From positions 2,948 to 66,947 of IMG/VR virus record IMGVR_UViG_3300021979_000001: a stretch of DNA of 64,000 bases; one strand, given 5' to 3'. Below, piece after piece: positions 8,958 through 17,826 of the stretch (the first letter of the stretch is position 1; each line of letters opens with the position of its first letter). The position numbers and the translations under genes are program-made. This DNA comes from a virus. Its lineage: Duplodnaviria; Heunggongvirae; Uroviricota; Caudoviricetes. The notes beneath the pieces are model-generated. The model saw nothing but the letters and a program-made list of their open reading frames with translations. It made no database searches and was not told the DNA's origin.

Positions 8958-9248
8958 TTATGCACTTAAACCTTCCCCATAAATATTGCTATAACTATTG
9001 CCATTCCAGTTACCGGAACCATCGCCATAACCATCCCCATAACTATTGCAATTCCTGTTACCGTGACCATCTCCCTCACCATAACCATAACCATTCCCAA
9101 AATCATCTCCATCACTCTCCCCAGAGTCATCCCCATAACCGGAACAATAACCATTCACATATCCATAACCAAGACCATGACCATGACCATGATCGGTTTC
9201 ATGATCATCTGCATGTATGCAAAAATACTGATTTATGTATGGGGTCAT
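8958..9248 (-). CDS. Gly-X repeat peptide minigene
   Basis: Leader MTPYINQYFCIHADDHETDHG; 96 aa. Confidence 0.65.
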   Translation of the reverse strand: MTPYINQYFCIHADDHETDHGHGHGLGYGYVNGYCSGYGDDSGESDGDDFGNGYGYGEGDGHGNRNCNSYGDGYGDGSGNWNGNSYSNIYGEGLSA

Positions 9249-9299
9249 AATTGGTCACACCTATAAAAATAAACACTAAACGTTTTTTTGATGGTATCA

Positions 9300-9575
9300 T
9301 TAGTTATAATTACAGCCATCACTATCTCCATAACCAAAACCATAACCAAAACCATCACCATCACCATAACCATAACCATGACTAACACCAGAGCCAGAGC
9401 CATCCCCATCCCCATCTCCCTGCCCATCGCCATCGCCATCGCCCTGTCCATTACCATAACCATGACCAAAACCATTCCCATTCCCATAACCATGACCCGA
9501 GCCATTACCATGACCGGAACCGGTTTCATGATCATCTGCATGTATGCAAAAATACTGATTTATGGGTAGATTCAT
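9300..9575 (-). CDS. Gly-X repeat peptide minigene
   Basis: GGTG box; leader MNLPINQYFCIHADDHETGSG; 91 aa; tail DGCNYN. Confidence 0.65.
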   Translation of the reverse strand: MNLPINQYFCIHADDHETGSGHGNGSGHGYGNGNGFGHGYGNGQGDGDGDGQGDGDGDGSGSGVSHGYGYGDGDGFGYGFGYGDSDGCNYN

Positions 9576-9627
9576 GATCGGTCACACCTGTAAAAATAAA
9601 CACTAAACTTTTTTTTGATGGGTATCA

Positions 9628-9882
9628 TTAGTTATAATTACAGCCATCACCATCTCCATAACCAAAACCATCACCATAACCACCGCCATGACTAACGCCA
9701 GAGCCAGAGCCATCACCATCTTCATAACCAAAACCATAACCAAAACCATCACCATAACTATAACCATGATCCCCATCACCAAAACCATTCCCATAACCAT
9801 GACCCGAGCCATTACCATGACCGGAACCGGTTTCATGATCATCTGCATGTATGCAAAAATACTGATTTATGGGTAGATTCAT
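9628..9882 (-). CDS. Gly-X repeat peptide minigene
   Basis: Leader identical to 9300..9575; 84 aa; tail DGCNYN. Confidence 0.65.
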   Translation of the reverse strand: MNLPINQYFCIHADDHETGSGHGNGSGHGYGNGFGDGDHGYSYGDGFGYGFGYEDGDGSGSGVSHGGGYGDGFGYGDGDGCNYN

Positions 9883-9937
9883 GATCGGTCACGCCTGTAA
9901 AACGAATTATTAATATTGTAATTCAAGTGTTGCATCA

Positions 9938-10153
9938 TTAGTTATAATTACAGCCATAGCCAGCACCATTGCCATTGCCATTGCCATTGCCGTAACCGTC
10001 GCCAGCCCCATCGCCATGACTAACACCAGAGCCAGAGCCATCACCATCCCCATCTCCCTGCCCATCGCCATCACCCGAGCCATTACCATGACCGGAACCG
10101 GTTTCATGATCATCTGCATGTATGCAAAAATACTGATTTATGGGTAGATTCAT
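9938..10153 (-). CDS. Gly-X repeat peptide minigene
   Basis: Leader identical to 9300..9575; 71 aa; tail YGCNYN. Confidence 0.65.
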   Translation of the reverse strand: MNLPINQYFCIHADDHETGSGHGNGSGDGDGQGDGDGDGSGSGVSHGDGAGDGYGNGNGNGNGAGYGCNYN

Positions 10154-10202
10154 GATCGGTCACACCTGTAAAAATAAACCACTAAAATTTTTATTTACTG
10201 TA

Positions 10203-10457
10203 TCATTGGTTATGATCGCGACCATCCCCTTCCCCAAAACCATCCCCATCTCCATTCCCCAAGCCATTGCTTCGACCATAACCATCACCATGACCAGAAC
10301 CAGCATTAATCCCATAACCAGACCCACACCCGGAGCCATAACCCTCCCCGTAACCATAGCCATACGCATTACCATGACCATGACCATAACCGAAACCATA
10401 CTCGGTTTTATGATAATTTGTATTAATGCAAAACATTTGGTTTATATATGTGGTCAT
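10203..10457 (-). CDS. Gly-X repeat peptide minigene
   Basis: Uses Met20 of the track ORF; leader MTTYINQMFCINTNYHKTEYG; 84 aa; tail GRDHNQ. Confidence 0.6.
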   Translation of the reverse strand: MTTYINQMFCINTNYHKTEYGFGYGHGHGNAYGYGYGEGYGSGCGSGYGINAGSGHGDGYGRSNGLGNGDGDGFGEGDGRDHNQ

Positions 10458-10513
10458 GAATAGGTCACGCCTGTAAAACGAATTATTAATATTATAATTC
10501 AAGTGTTGCATCA

Positions 10514-10771
10514 TTAGTTATAATTACAGCCATAGCCAGCACCATTGCCATTGCCATTGCCGTAACCGTCGCCATCCCCATAGCCATTGCCAAAACCATA
10601 ACCATCCCCATAATCATACCCATAACCGGAGCCACTGCCAAATCCATAACCATCCCCATCATTATCCCCATAACCGGAGCCATTACCATGACCATACTCA
10701 TTATCATGACCATACGTGTTTTCATGATAATATGTATTGATGTAAAATGACTGGGTTATGGGTGGGTTCAT
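10514..10771 (-). CDS. Gly-X repeat peptide minigene
   Basis: Leader MNPPITQSFYINTYYHENTYG; 85 aa; tail YGCNYN. Confidence 0.65.
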   Translation of the reverse strand: MNPPITQSFYINTYYHENTYGHDNEYGHGNGSGYGDNDGDGYGFGSGSGYGYDYGDGYGFGNGYGDGDGYGNGNGNGAGYGCNYN

Positions 10772-10819
10772 GATCGGTCACGCCTGTAGAAATAAACCAC
10801 TAAATTTTTATTGACTGTA

Positions 10820-11086
10820 TCATTGGCTATGATCGCGACCATTCCCATAACCATTCCCAGAGCCATAATTATTTCCATTCCCAGAGCAAGAGCCATACCC
10901 AGAGCCATAATTATTCCCGTAACCATTACCATGCCCCGTAGCATAACCGAAACCATCGCTCGAACCATCTCCAAAACCATCCCCAGTGCCATACTCATTC
11001 CCATTGCCATGTCCATAGCCATATCCATGAACGGTGTCATGATCAGATGTATTGATGTAAAATGACTGGGTTATGGATGATTTCAT
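10820..11086 (-). CDS. Gly-X repeat peptide minigene
   Basis: Uses Met20 of the track ORF; leader MKSSITQSFYINTSDHDTVHG; 88 aa; tail GRDHSQ. Confidence 0.6.
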   Translation of the reverse strand: MKSSITQSFYINTSDHDTVHGYGYGHGNGNEYGTGDGFGDGSSDGFGYATGHGNGYGNNYGSGYGSCSGNGNNYGSGNGYGNGRDHSQ

Positions 11087-11142
11087 GAATGGGTCACACC
11101 TGTAAAATGAATTATTCATAATGTAATCCAATTGTTGCATCA

Positions 11143-11388
11143 TTAGCTATGATCACGGCCATAACCATGACCACTCTCATAGCCATAACCATCAACATGA
11201 CCACTCGCATAGCCACGACCATAACCAGAATCAAGACCATCACCATGACCATAACCACGACCAGAGCCAAGACCAGAGCCACGACCAGAGCCAAGACCAG
11301 AGCCAAGACCATAACCATTACCATGACCGGAACCGGTTTTATGTGTATCGGCATTGATGTAAAACGACTGGTCTATAGATTGATTCAT
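11143..11388 (-). CDS. Gly-X repeat peptide minigene
   Basis: Leader MNQSIDQSFYINADTHKTGSG; 81 aa; tail GRDHS. Confidence 0.65.
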   Translation of the reverse strand: MNQSIDQSFYINADTHKTGSGHGNGYGLGSGLGSGRGSGLGSGRGYGHGDGLDSGYGRGYASGHVDGYGYESGHGYGRDHS

Positions 11389-11446
11389 GAAACGGTCTTA
11401 CCTGTAAAAATGAAATCACTTATATTGTAATTCAATTGTTGCATTA

Positions 11447-11698
11447 TTAGCTATTATCATGACCATTCCCATTGCCATAACCATCCCCCGCACTATCCCC
11501 ATAGCTGCCGCCATAACCATAACCACGACCATTACCATAACCATAGCCGCCGCCATAACCATAACCATGATCGGTGCCAACACCATAACCAGAACCATAG
11601 CCATGCTCATTGCCATGACCATAATCAACGCCGGGTCCATTATCGATTTCATGATCATGTGTGTTGATGTAAAACGACTGGTGTATGGATTGGTTCAT
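11447..11698 (-). CDS. Gly-X repeat peptide minigene
   Basis: Leader MNQSIHQSFYINTHDHEIDNG; 83 aa; tail GHDNS. Confidence 0.65.
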   Translation of the reverse strand: MNQSIHQSFYINTHDHEIDNGPGVDYGHGNEHGYGSGYGVGTDHGYGYGGGYGYGNGRGYGYGGSYGDSAGDGYGNGNGHDNS

Positions 11699-11756
11699 GA
11701 AACGGTCTTACCTGTAAAAATGAAATCACTTATATTGTAATTCAATTGTTGCATTA

Positions 11757-12026
11757 TTAGCTATTATCATGACCATTCCCATTCCCATTCCCATTGCCAT
11801 CCCCATCCCCCGCCCCCGCACTATCCCCATAGCCGCCGCCATAACCATAACAATGCGCGTCCCCAAATCCAGAGCCAAGACCATAACCATAACCATGATT
11901 GGTGCCAACACCATAACCAGAACCATAGCCATGCTCATTGCCATGACCATAATCAACGCCGGGTCCATTATCGATTTCATGATCATGTGTGTTGATGTAA
12001 AACGACTGGTGTATGGATTGGTTCAT
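11757..12026 (-). CDS. Gly-X repeat peptide minigene
   Basis: About 150 nt of 5'UTR, leader and early core are identical to 11447..11698; 89 aa. Confidence 0.65.
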   Translation of the reverse strand: MNQSIHQSFYINTHDHEIDNGPGVDYGHGNEHGYGSGYGVGTNHGYGYGLGSGFGDAHCYGYGGGYGDSAGAGDGDGNGNGNGNGHDNS

Positions 12027-12084
12027 GAAACGGTCTTACCTGTAAAAACGAAACCACTTATGTCGTAATTCAATTGTTGCATTA

Positions 12085-12204
12085 TTAGCTATTATCATGA
12101 CCATTCCCATTGCCATGCCCATTACAATAACCAAAACAATATTCATTGTCATTTTGGTTTAGATTAGTATTGATGTAAAAAATGTTGGATTATGGTGTGT
12201 TCAC
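12085..12204 (-). pseudogene. Decayed Gly-X minigene
   Basis: GTG replaces the ATG and there is an in-frame TAA at codon 5 (GTG AAC ACA CCA TAA). The remainder reads SNIFYINTNLNQ...GHGNGNGHDNS. Confidence 0.5.
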
Positions 12205-12270
12205 AGTAATTCGTTCAATCATGTATAAAATAACTAAATTATGCCTATTATAACTTAAATTGTTGCATCA

Positions 12271-12513
12271 TTAACCATACCCCGATCCATTACTATGATC
12301 TGTCAGATAACCATCACCATCACCAAACGCGGAACCATCACCACTTCCATCGCCATGGCCGTAACCATGACCACGTGCAGACCCAAACCGATCACCTAGA
12401 CTATACTTTTTATCATCATTATACTCATTGCCAGCACCATAACCAAAACCATAACCAGAAAACTTTTCGGATTGATCATATTGGGTATAATTTAATTTTA
12501 TGGATGTATTCAT
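12271..12513 (-). CDS. Gly-X repeat peptide minigene
   Basis: Leader MNTSIKLNYTQYDQSEKFSG; 80 aa. Confidence 0.6.
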   Translation of the reverse strand: MNTSIKLNYTQYDQSEKFSGYGFGYGAGNEYNDDKKYSLGDRFGSARGHGYGHGDGSGDGSAFGDGDGYLTDHSNGSGYG

Positions 12514-12616
12514 GATATGTTCTAGTAAATAATGAACGAAAAAATTAATTTACATTTCAATGTCAGTATTATCCATCACCATCACATATTCATGACCTGG
12601 CCTGTTTGTTGTATCA

Positions 12617-12907
12617 TTAATTATGATCACTGCCATTCCCATTACCATAACCAAAACCATGACCATTCCCAAGCCCTCTCCCAAAACCATGACCTTCACC
12701 ATTCCCCGAACCATACCCATTCCCAATACCATCGCCATCGCCATCACTATGACCATCACCAGACCCATCGCCAAAACCATAACCATTACTATCGCCATAA
12801 CCCAAAACGCCCCTAATACCACCACCATGCTTAGATGTTAATCTTTTGTAATATACATGTTTGGAAAGATCAGATGTATGGTAATTTAATTTTATGGATA
12901 GTTTCAT
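12617..12907 (-). CDS. Gly-X repeat peptide minigene
   Basis: Leader MKLSIKLNYHTSDLSKH; 96 aa; tail GSDHN. Confidence 0.6.
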   Translation of the reverse strand: MKLSIKLNYHTSDLSKHVYYKRLTSKHGGGIRGVLGYGDSNGYGFGDGSGDGHSDGDGDGIGNGYGSGNGEGHGFGRGLGNGHGFGYGNGNGSDHN

Positions 12908-12969
12908 GATAGGACCATCCCTGGTAATAAAAAATCACTAATATTTCAATTGGCAGTATCAATTAATCA

Positions 12970-13185
12970 TTAACTACAGTCATGCCCTGGACTCTCACCA
13001 TAACCATAACCATTCCCAACACCATTGCCATCCCCATCACCATAACCAGAACCGAAACCGTCCCCCTCATTATAACCATTCCCATTACCAGAACCGAAAC
13101 CATCGCCATTAGCAAAAATAGAACCATAAAGATTTCTCTTTAGGTCCGCATTGTATAAATAAAACAAATTAATTGGTGTATTCAT
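12970..13185 (-). CDS. Gly-X repeat peptide minigene
   Basis: Leader MNTPINLFYLYNADLKRN; 71 aa. Confidence 0.6.
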   Translation of the reverse strand: MNTPINLFYLYNADLKRNLYGSIFANGDGFGSGNGNGYNEGDGFGSGYGDGDGNGVGNGYGYGESPGHDCS

Positions 13186-13243
13186 GATCTGCTTCCTAGG
13201 TAATAAAATTGCTCATTCATGTTATACTTCAATTAATGCATCA

Positions 13244-13465
13244 TTAGTCAAAAAAACTAACGGAACCATTCCCATAGCCATAACTAGAACCATTGTCCAA
13301 ACCCTCGTTATAATCTTTTCCAGAACTATAACCATTTCCATAATCATAACCAAACCCGGCCCCATAGCCAAAACACCTGTAACTGGTATCTGCACCGGAA
13401 CCGAAACCAGAATCATTTATGGATAGATCAGACTCTTGATGATTTAATTTTACGAATATAGTCAT
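13244..13465 (-). CDS. Gly-X repeat peptide minigene
   Basis: Leader MTIFVKLNHQESDLSINDSG; 73 aa. Confidence 0.55.
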   Translation of the reverse strand: MTIFVKLNHQESDLSINDSGFGSGADTSYRCFGYGAGFGYDYGNGYSSGKDYNEGLDNGSSYGYGNGSVSFFD

Positions 13466-13517
13466 TATATGCCATATAAGGTAATAAGTTTAATAAATCA
13501 TATTATAATTGGTTGCA

Positions 13518-13745
13518 TCAATCACCATGACCCTTACCATCTCCAAAACCATACCCGAAACTATAACCAAACACCGAACCAATACCCTCGCCAACACCAA
13601 TACGGAAATCATTACCATCCCCATTCCCATAACCAAAACCATAACTTTCCCCAGTATAATAACCCGAACTCGGTTCATTACCCAACCACCCATCGGGTGT
13701 TAGGTCGGTGTTATAACAATAATACATTTTTATTGGCGTATTCAT
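13518..13745 (-). CDS. Gly-X repeat peptide minigene
   Basis: Uses Met8 of the track ORF; leader MNTPIKMYYCYNTDLTPDG; 75 aa. Confidence 0.55.
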   Translation of the reverse strand: MNTPIKMYYCYNTDLTPDGWLGNEPSSGYYTGESYGFGYGNGDGNDFRIGVGEGIGSVFGYSFGYGFGDGKGHGD

Positions 13746-13812
13746 AATTATTTTACCGAGTGACAAAAATAAGTTAACTAAATTGCATTACAACTTAGTG
13801 GTATCATTAATA

Positions 13813-14043
13813 TTACGTATCCCCATAATCATAACCAAATCCAGAACCCTTACCATAACCATTTCCCTGCTCGCCACCATACCCCGCACCAACCCCAGAA
13901 CCGTAACTATCTCCATTATTATAACCAGCACTGGCCCCCATCCCATAACTCAAACCATTACCAAAACCCAAACCAGACCCATCCCAGGAGACATCTTTTT
14001 TTAGATAGGGTTCGTGATAACACCAGTCGATAGCGGTATTCAT
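13813..14043 (-). CDS. Gly-X repeat peptide minigene
   Basis: Uses Met4 of the track ORF; leader MNTAIDWCYHEPYLKKD; 76 aa. Confidence 0.55.
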   Translation of the reverse strand: MNTAIDWCYHEPYLKKDVSWDGSGLGFGNGLSYGMGASAGYNNGDSYGSGVGAGYGGEQGNGYGKGSGFGYDYGDT

Positions 14044-14091
14044 AATTATCATCTCGGTAAAAAATGAAAGTTCAAATCACATATATTTCAA

Positions 14092-14287
14092 TTATTCGGA
14101 ATTACACCCCAGAGTGCCATACCTAAACCCAAAACCAAAACCATATTCATTCTCACCACCATATCCCTGACCGGAACACGAGCCATAACTATGACCATGA
14201 CTATGACCGGAACTATCGGTATGATCCGGTTCATCACCTGTTTCATTAGTGTGGTCATCGACAAAACAATAACATGTTTATATTCAT
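14092..14287 (-). pseudogene. Frameshifted Gly-X minigene
   Basis: ATG AAT ATA AAC, then a 1-nt shift before CYCFVDDHTNETGDEPD...GY core. The length of 196 nt is not a multiple of 3. Confidence 0.45.
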
Positions 14288-14313
14288 GTTATAATAAGAG
14301 CCATTTGAATAAT

Positions 14314-14550
14314 TTACGATATACGTCCATGACCATGACCATTGCCCGCCCCAAAACCATAATTATAACCATGCTCATTACCGGCGCTATCCCCAGCACC
14401 ATCCCCCATGCCATAACCTGCATGATACTCATTCCCATGACCCAACCCCGGACTATGATCATCCCCATAATCATCCCCGGCACCGGAACCAGAATTATCA
14501 GTTTTTAGATCGGGGTTATCGCAGTAATGAAACATAATCGATGGTTTCAT
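14314..14550 (-). CDS. Gly-X repeat peptide minigene
   Basis: Uses Met15 of the track ORF; leader MKPSIMFHYCDNPDLKTDNSG; 78 aa. Confidence 0.6.
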   Translation of the reverse strand: MKPSIMFHYCDNPDLKTDNSGSGAGDDYGDDHSPGLGHGNEYHAGYGMGDGAGDSAGNEHGYNYGFGAGNGHGHGRIS

Positions 14551-14581
14551 AATTGTTTCACCAAGTAAAAAATAAGTTAAA

Positions 14582-14824
14582 TTATTCACCATCTACGTTG
14601 CCATGACCATTGCCCGTCCCAAAACCATAACTATAACCATACCCATCATCCACACCATACCAGGCACCATCACCATTGCCATAACCCACGTCATATTGAT
14701 TCCCATAACCTTTCCCCGGACTATAATCATCCCCAGGATCATACCCGGCACATGAACCAGAGCCAGAACCATCGGTTATTGGATCGGGTTCATAGCAATA
14801 ATTAAATGCAATCGGTAGATTCAT
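14582..14824 (-). CDS. Gly-X repeat peptide minigene
   Basis: Leader MNLPIAFNYCYEPDPITDGSG; 80 aa. Confidence 0.6.
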   Translation of the reverse strand: MNLPIAFNYCYEPDPITDGSGSGSCAGYDPGDDYSPGKGYGNQYDVGYGNGDGAWYGVDDGYGYSYGFGTGNGHGNVDGE

Positions 14825-14877
14825 AATTGGTTCACCAATGAGAAAAAATAAGTTAAATCATTCACATTATATTTCAA

Positions 14878-15183
14878 TTATTCATAATTACGCCCAGTGC
14901 CATGCCCATCCCCATACCCAAAACCATCACCATCACTAGACACATAACCATCACCATCAACATAACCAATACCATTGCCAGCCCCATCACCATCACCATC
15001 AACATAACCAATACCATTGCCAGCCCCATCACCCATGCCATAACCTTCGTCATAATCATTCCCATAACCCTGCCCCGGATTATGATAATCCCCAGAATCA
15101 TAACCGGCACCGGAAACGGAACCATCACCATCACTTACTAGATCGGGGTTATTGCAATAATTAAATGTAATTGATGGTTTCAT
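14878..15183 (-). CDS. Gly-X repeat peptide minigene
   Basis: Leader MKPSITFNYCNNPDLVSDGDG; 101 aa. Confidence 0.6.
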   Translation of the reverse strand: MKPSITFNYCNNPDLVSDGDGSVSGAGYDSGDYHNPGQGYGNDYDEGYGMGDGAGNGIGYVDGDGDGAGNGIGYVDGDGYVSSDGDGFGYGDGHGTGRNYE

Positions 15184-15243
15184 AATTATTTCACTAAATG
15201 GTTAAACCACGTCAAATCGCACAGTTAGATTACAGGTATTGCA

Positions 15244-15444
15244 TCATTCACCCCTATTCCCATCACCACGACCATAACCCTCACCAGAAACAAAACCTTT
15301 ACCTGAACCATTCCCAAATCCATACACATTACCATAAGATATACCAAAACCATCCTCGGTGCCATGATCAGAGCCATGACCAAAACCATAAACATTGTTG
15401 GGTATATCATGGTTTTGGAAATATGATTCAATCGATATATTCAT
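15244..15444 (-). CDS. Gly-X repeat peptide minigene
   Basis: Uses Met6 of the track ORF; leader MNISIESYFQNHDIPNNVYG; 66 aa. Confidence 0.6.
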   Translation of the reverse strand: MNISIESYFQNHDIPNNVYGFGHGSDHGTEDGFGISYGNVYGFGNGSGKGFVSGEGYGRGDGNRGE

Positions 15445-15512
15445 AATTAAATCATTCATTTATTACATCATCAACTGTTACCAGGTCCATTGTCATACCC
15501 GCTTATCGGCAT

Positions 15513-15770
15513 CTATTCAGGTTCACCACTTGATCCATCCCAGTTTCCACGACTCGAACCATTACCAAATCCAAAAGCCGAACAATAACCATTTTTGTGA
15601 ATAAAAATATGTTCATACGTTTTGCCATCACCATAACCATAACCATAACCAGAACCATATCCATAACCATTACCAAATCCAAAAACCGAACCATTATCTG
15701 AAACAATTTCCGAAACAATTTCATTTGGGCTGCTATCATCGCAATATAATAAATTTATCAGTTCATACAT
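15513..15770 (-). CDS. Gly-X repeat peptide minigene (divergent)
   Basis: Leader MYELINLLYCDDSSPNE; 85 aa. Confidence 0.5.
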   Translation of the reverse strand: MYELINLLYCDDSSPNEIVSEIVSDNGSVFGFGNGYGYGSGYGYGYGDGKTYEHIFIHKNGYCSAFGFGNGSSRGNWDGSSGEPE

Positions 15771-15772
15771 AA

Positions 15773-15930
15773 TTAATACTGACCATCCATCGAACCCTCA
15801 CCAAACCCATGACCATATCCATAAATGTCACCAACATCATCACATTCGCCGCCCCATTTGTATGACAGTAGTTCGTTAGGACGTCATAATTAAAATAATA
15901 AAACCCGATTAATATATTAATGATACGGAC
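15773..15930 (-). pseudogene. Possible decayed Gly-X minigene
   Basis: A tail frame WGGECDDVGDIYGYGHGFGEGSMDGQY follows a stop. The leader-like INILIGFYYFNYD is in another frame and there is no ATG. Confidence 0.3.
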
Positions 15931-15989
15931 ACCCCAAGTGATAAAAAATGATTTAAATCACTACAACTATAATTCAACTGTTAAGTTCG

Positions 15990-16238
15990 TTAATCCGATC
16001 CATGACCGAAACCAGCACCATATCCAGTCCCAAAACCATCCCCATCACTAGAGCCATGACCATGACCATGACCATCTTTATAGTCTTGACCAGACCCGAC
16101 ACCATTGCCATCCCCATCACCTAGACCATAACCTTTGCCATCCCCTTTACCATAGCCTTCACCATCGCCATCATCATAACTGATTTCCTTTTGATCGGCG
16201 GTATTTATGTAAAAAGATAGGATTACGTATGTGTTCAT
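15990..16238 (-). CDS. Gly-X repeat peptide minigene
   Basis: Leader MNTYVILSFYINTADQKE; 82 aa. Confidence 0.55.
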   Translation of the reverse strand: MNTYVILSFYINTADQKEISYDDGDGEGYGKGDGKGYGLGDGDGNGVGSGQDYKDGHGHGHGSSDGDGFGTGYGAGFGHGSD

Positions 16239-16290
16239 AATATGTCACTCCAAACACAACAATAATAATTCAAAATACACATATTATATT

Positions 16291-16530
16291 TCAATAAGCA
16301 CCGTCACCATAACCATGCCCCCAATGCCCAGTCATATTTGTATCCCCAATATCAAACCCATTCCCATTCCCATTCCCTTTTCCAAAACCAAAACCATAAC
16401 CATCACTATCCCCATTATGATGGACATAACTAAGACTATAACCTTTCCAATTGTCATACCCATCATACCCATCACTATCATCATATTCACAGATATGGAC
16501 ATAATAATACAATATTATGTTAATGTGCAT
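16291..16530 (-). CDS. Gly-X repeat peptide minigene (divergent)
   Basis: Uses Met6 of the track ORF; leader MHINIILYYYVHICEYDDSDG; 79 aa. Confidence 0.5.
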   Translation of the reverse strand: MHINIILYYYVHICEYDDSDGYDGYDNWKGYSLSYVHHNGDSDGYGFGFGKGNGNGNGFDIGDTNMTGHWGHGYGDGAY

Positions 16531-16578
16531 TACGAGTTCCCACATGTAAATAACATAATCAAACAGTTAATATAATAT

Positions 16579-16839
16579 CTATTTCATGGTCATATAAAAA
16601 TGATCTGTTTCATTACCATCATTGGCACCAGCCCCATGTCCAACACCGTTACTATCACCTAAATCATCACCCGAAGCAGAATCATCCCCCATACCAGAAT
16701 TATTTGTATGTCCAGAACCACTTCCTCTACCATATCCAAACACATGTCCTTTTTTATGTCCATGCGCAAACCCACGACCATAGTGATACCAATTACTATA
16801 TACATCGACACAATAAATTACTTTTATGGGCAATTTCAT
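16579..16839 (-). CDS. Gly-X repeat peptide minigene (divergent)
   Basis: Uses Met4 of the track ORF; leader MKLPIKVIYCVDVYSNW; 86 aa. Confidence 0.5.
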   Translation of the reverse strand: MKLPIKVIYCVDVYSNWYHYGRGFAHGHKKGHVFGYGRGSGSGHTNNSGMGDDSASGDDLGDSNGVGHGAGANDGNETDHFYMTMK

Positions 16840-16901
16840 TATTAACATCCAATCAATTAAATAGATAAACCGTAATAATTATAATTATTTCTTACACTAA
16901 T

Positions 16902-17180
16902 TCACCATGATTTTCTGACCCATTTATGCGAGCCGTAACCAATATTATAACTTGACCCATATCCATTTCCCTGTCCATCAGCATAACCATAACCATGCCC
17001 TGCCCCTGAAAGATAACTAACCCCTAACGTTGGGCTTGTATCCCCAACATATGCAGAGCCATCCCCCTGCCCGTCACCTTTAACAGAACCATCCTCATAC
17101 TCCGAACCAGTTCTAGTCCCGGAAAAGTTGTTATAAAGATCGGCATTTCGGTAAAAACACGATTTTATGGTGGGTTTCAT
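16902..17180 (-). CDS. Gly-X repeat peptide minigene (divergent)
   Basis: Uses Met4 of the track ORF; leader MKPTIKSCFYRNADLYNN; 92 aa. Confidence 0.5.
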   Translation of the reverse strand: MKPTIKSCFYRNADLYNNFSGTRTGSEYEDGSVKGDGQGDGSAYVGDTSPTLGVSYLSGAGHGYGYADGQGNGYGSSYNIGYGSHKWVRKSW

Positions 17181-17238
17181 ACTTATCACACTTGCAAAAA
17201 GTTGGATTAGTCATAAAATAAACACAATGGTGGCTGCA

Positions 17239-17484
17239 TTACCCGAAACTATCACCGAAATAAAAACCGTAAGCGTGACCACATCCAAGACCCTCACAAT
17301 TACCAGATTTAGCATTTAATCCATAATCCTGACCATGACCGTAAACGGCCCAATATCGAATTACGTAACTTATTTCATAATGAGAACCACTTCCCTGCCC
17401 CTCGCCATAACCACCCCCATTACGAATTAAAGAACCATTACCCGAACGTTTTATGTAATATAAATCTATTGGTATATTTGCCAT
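17239..17484 (-). CDS. Gly-X repeat peptide minigene (divergent)
   Basis: Leader MANIPIDLYYIKRSGNG; 81 aa. Confidence 0.5.
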   Translation of the reverse strand: MANIPIDLYYIKRSGNGSLIRNGGGYGEGQGSGSHYEISYVIRYWAVYGHGQDYGLNAKSGNCEGLGCGHAYGFYFGDSFG

Positions 17485-17533
17485 TTGACTTCGCCAAGTA
17501 AAAATGGATATATGGAGATAATCATTTCATTGT

Positions 17534-17728
17534 TCACTCTGCCATAGCACCATGCCCATAGCCATAACCACCATCAAACACGTTCCCATACCCATTACTA
17601 TCCCCATCCTCATACCCATCGCTAGAGTCAGACCCGTATCCATACCCGGTTCCATCACTATTGCCATATCGATAGCTATTATTATGTTGATCAACTGTGT
17701 AATATAGTAGTGTTATAGGTAGTTTCAT
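17534..17728 (-). CDS. Gly-X repeat peptide minigene
   Basis: Leader MKLPITLLYYTVDQHNN; 64 aa. Confidence 0.55.
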   Translation of the reverse strand: MKLPITLLYYTVDQHNNSYRYGNSDGTGYGYGSDSSDGYEDGDSNGYGNVFDGGYGYGHGAMAE

Positions 17729-17826
17729 TGTTTTATTACCAAGTTGGGTTCAACCGAAATAATACTGGTAAGTATATCAATCATACTCATATATCATTTA
17801 ATAATATAAGGGATAATGTAGTTTGG

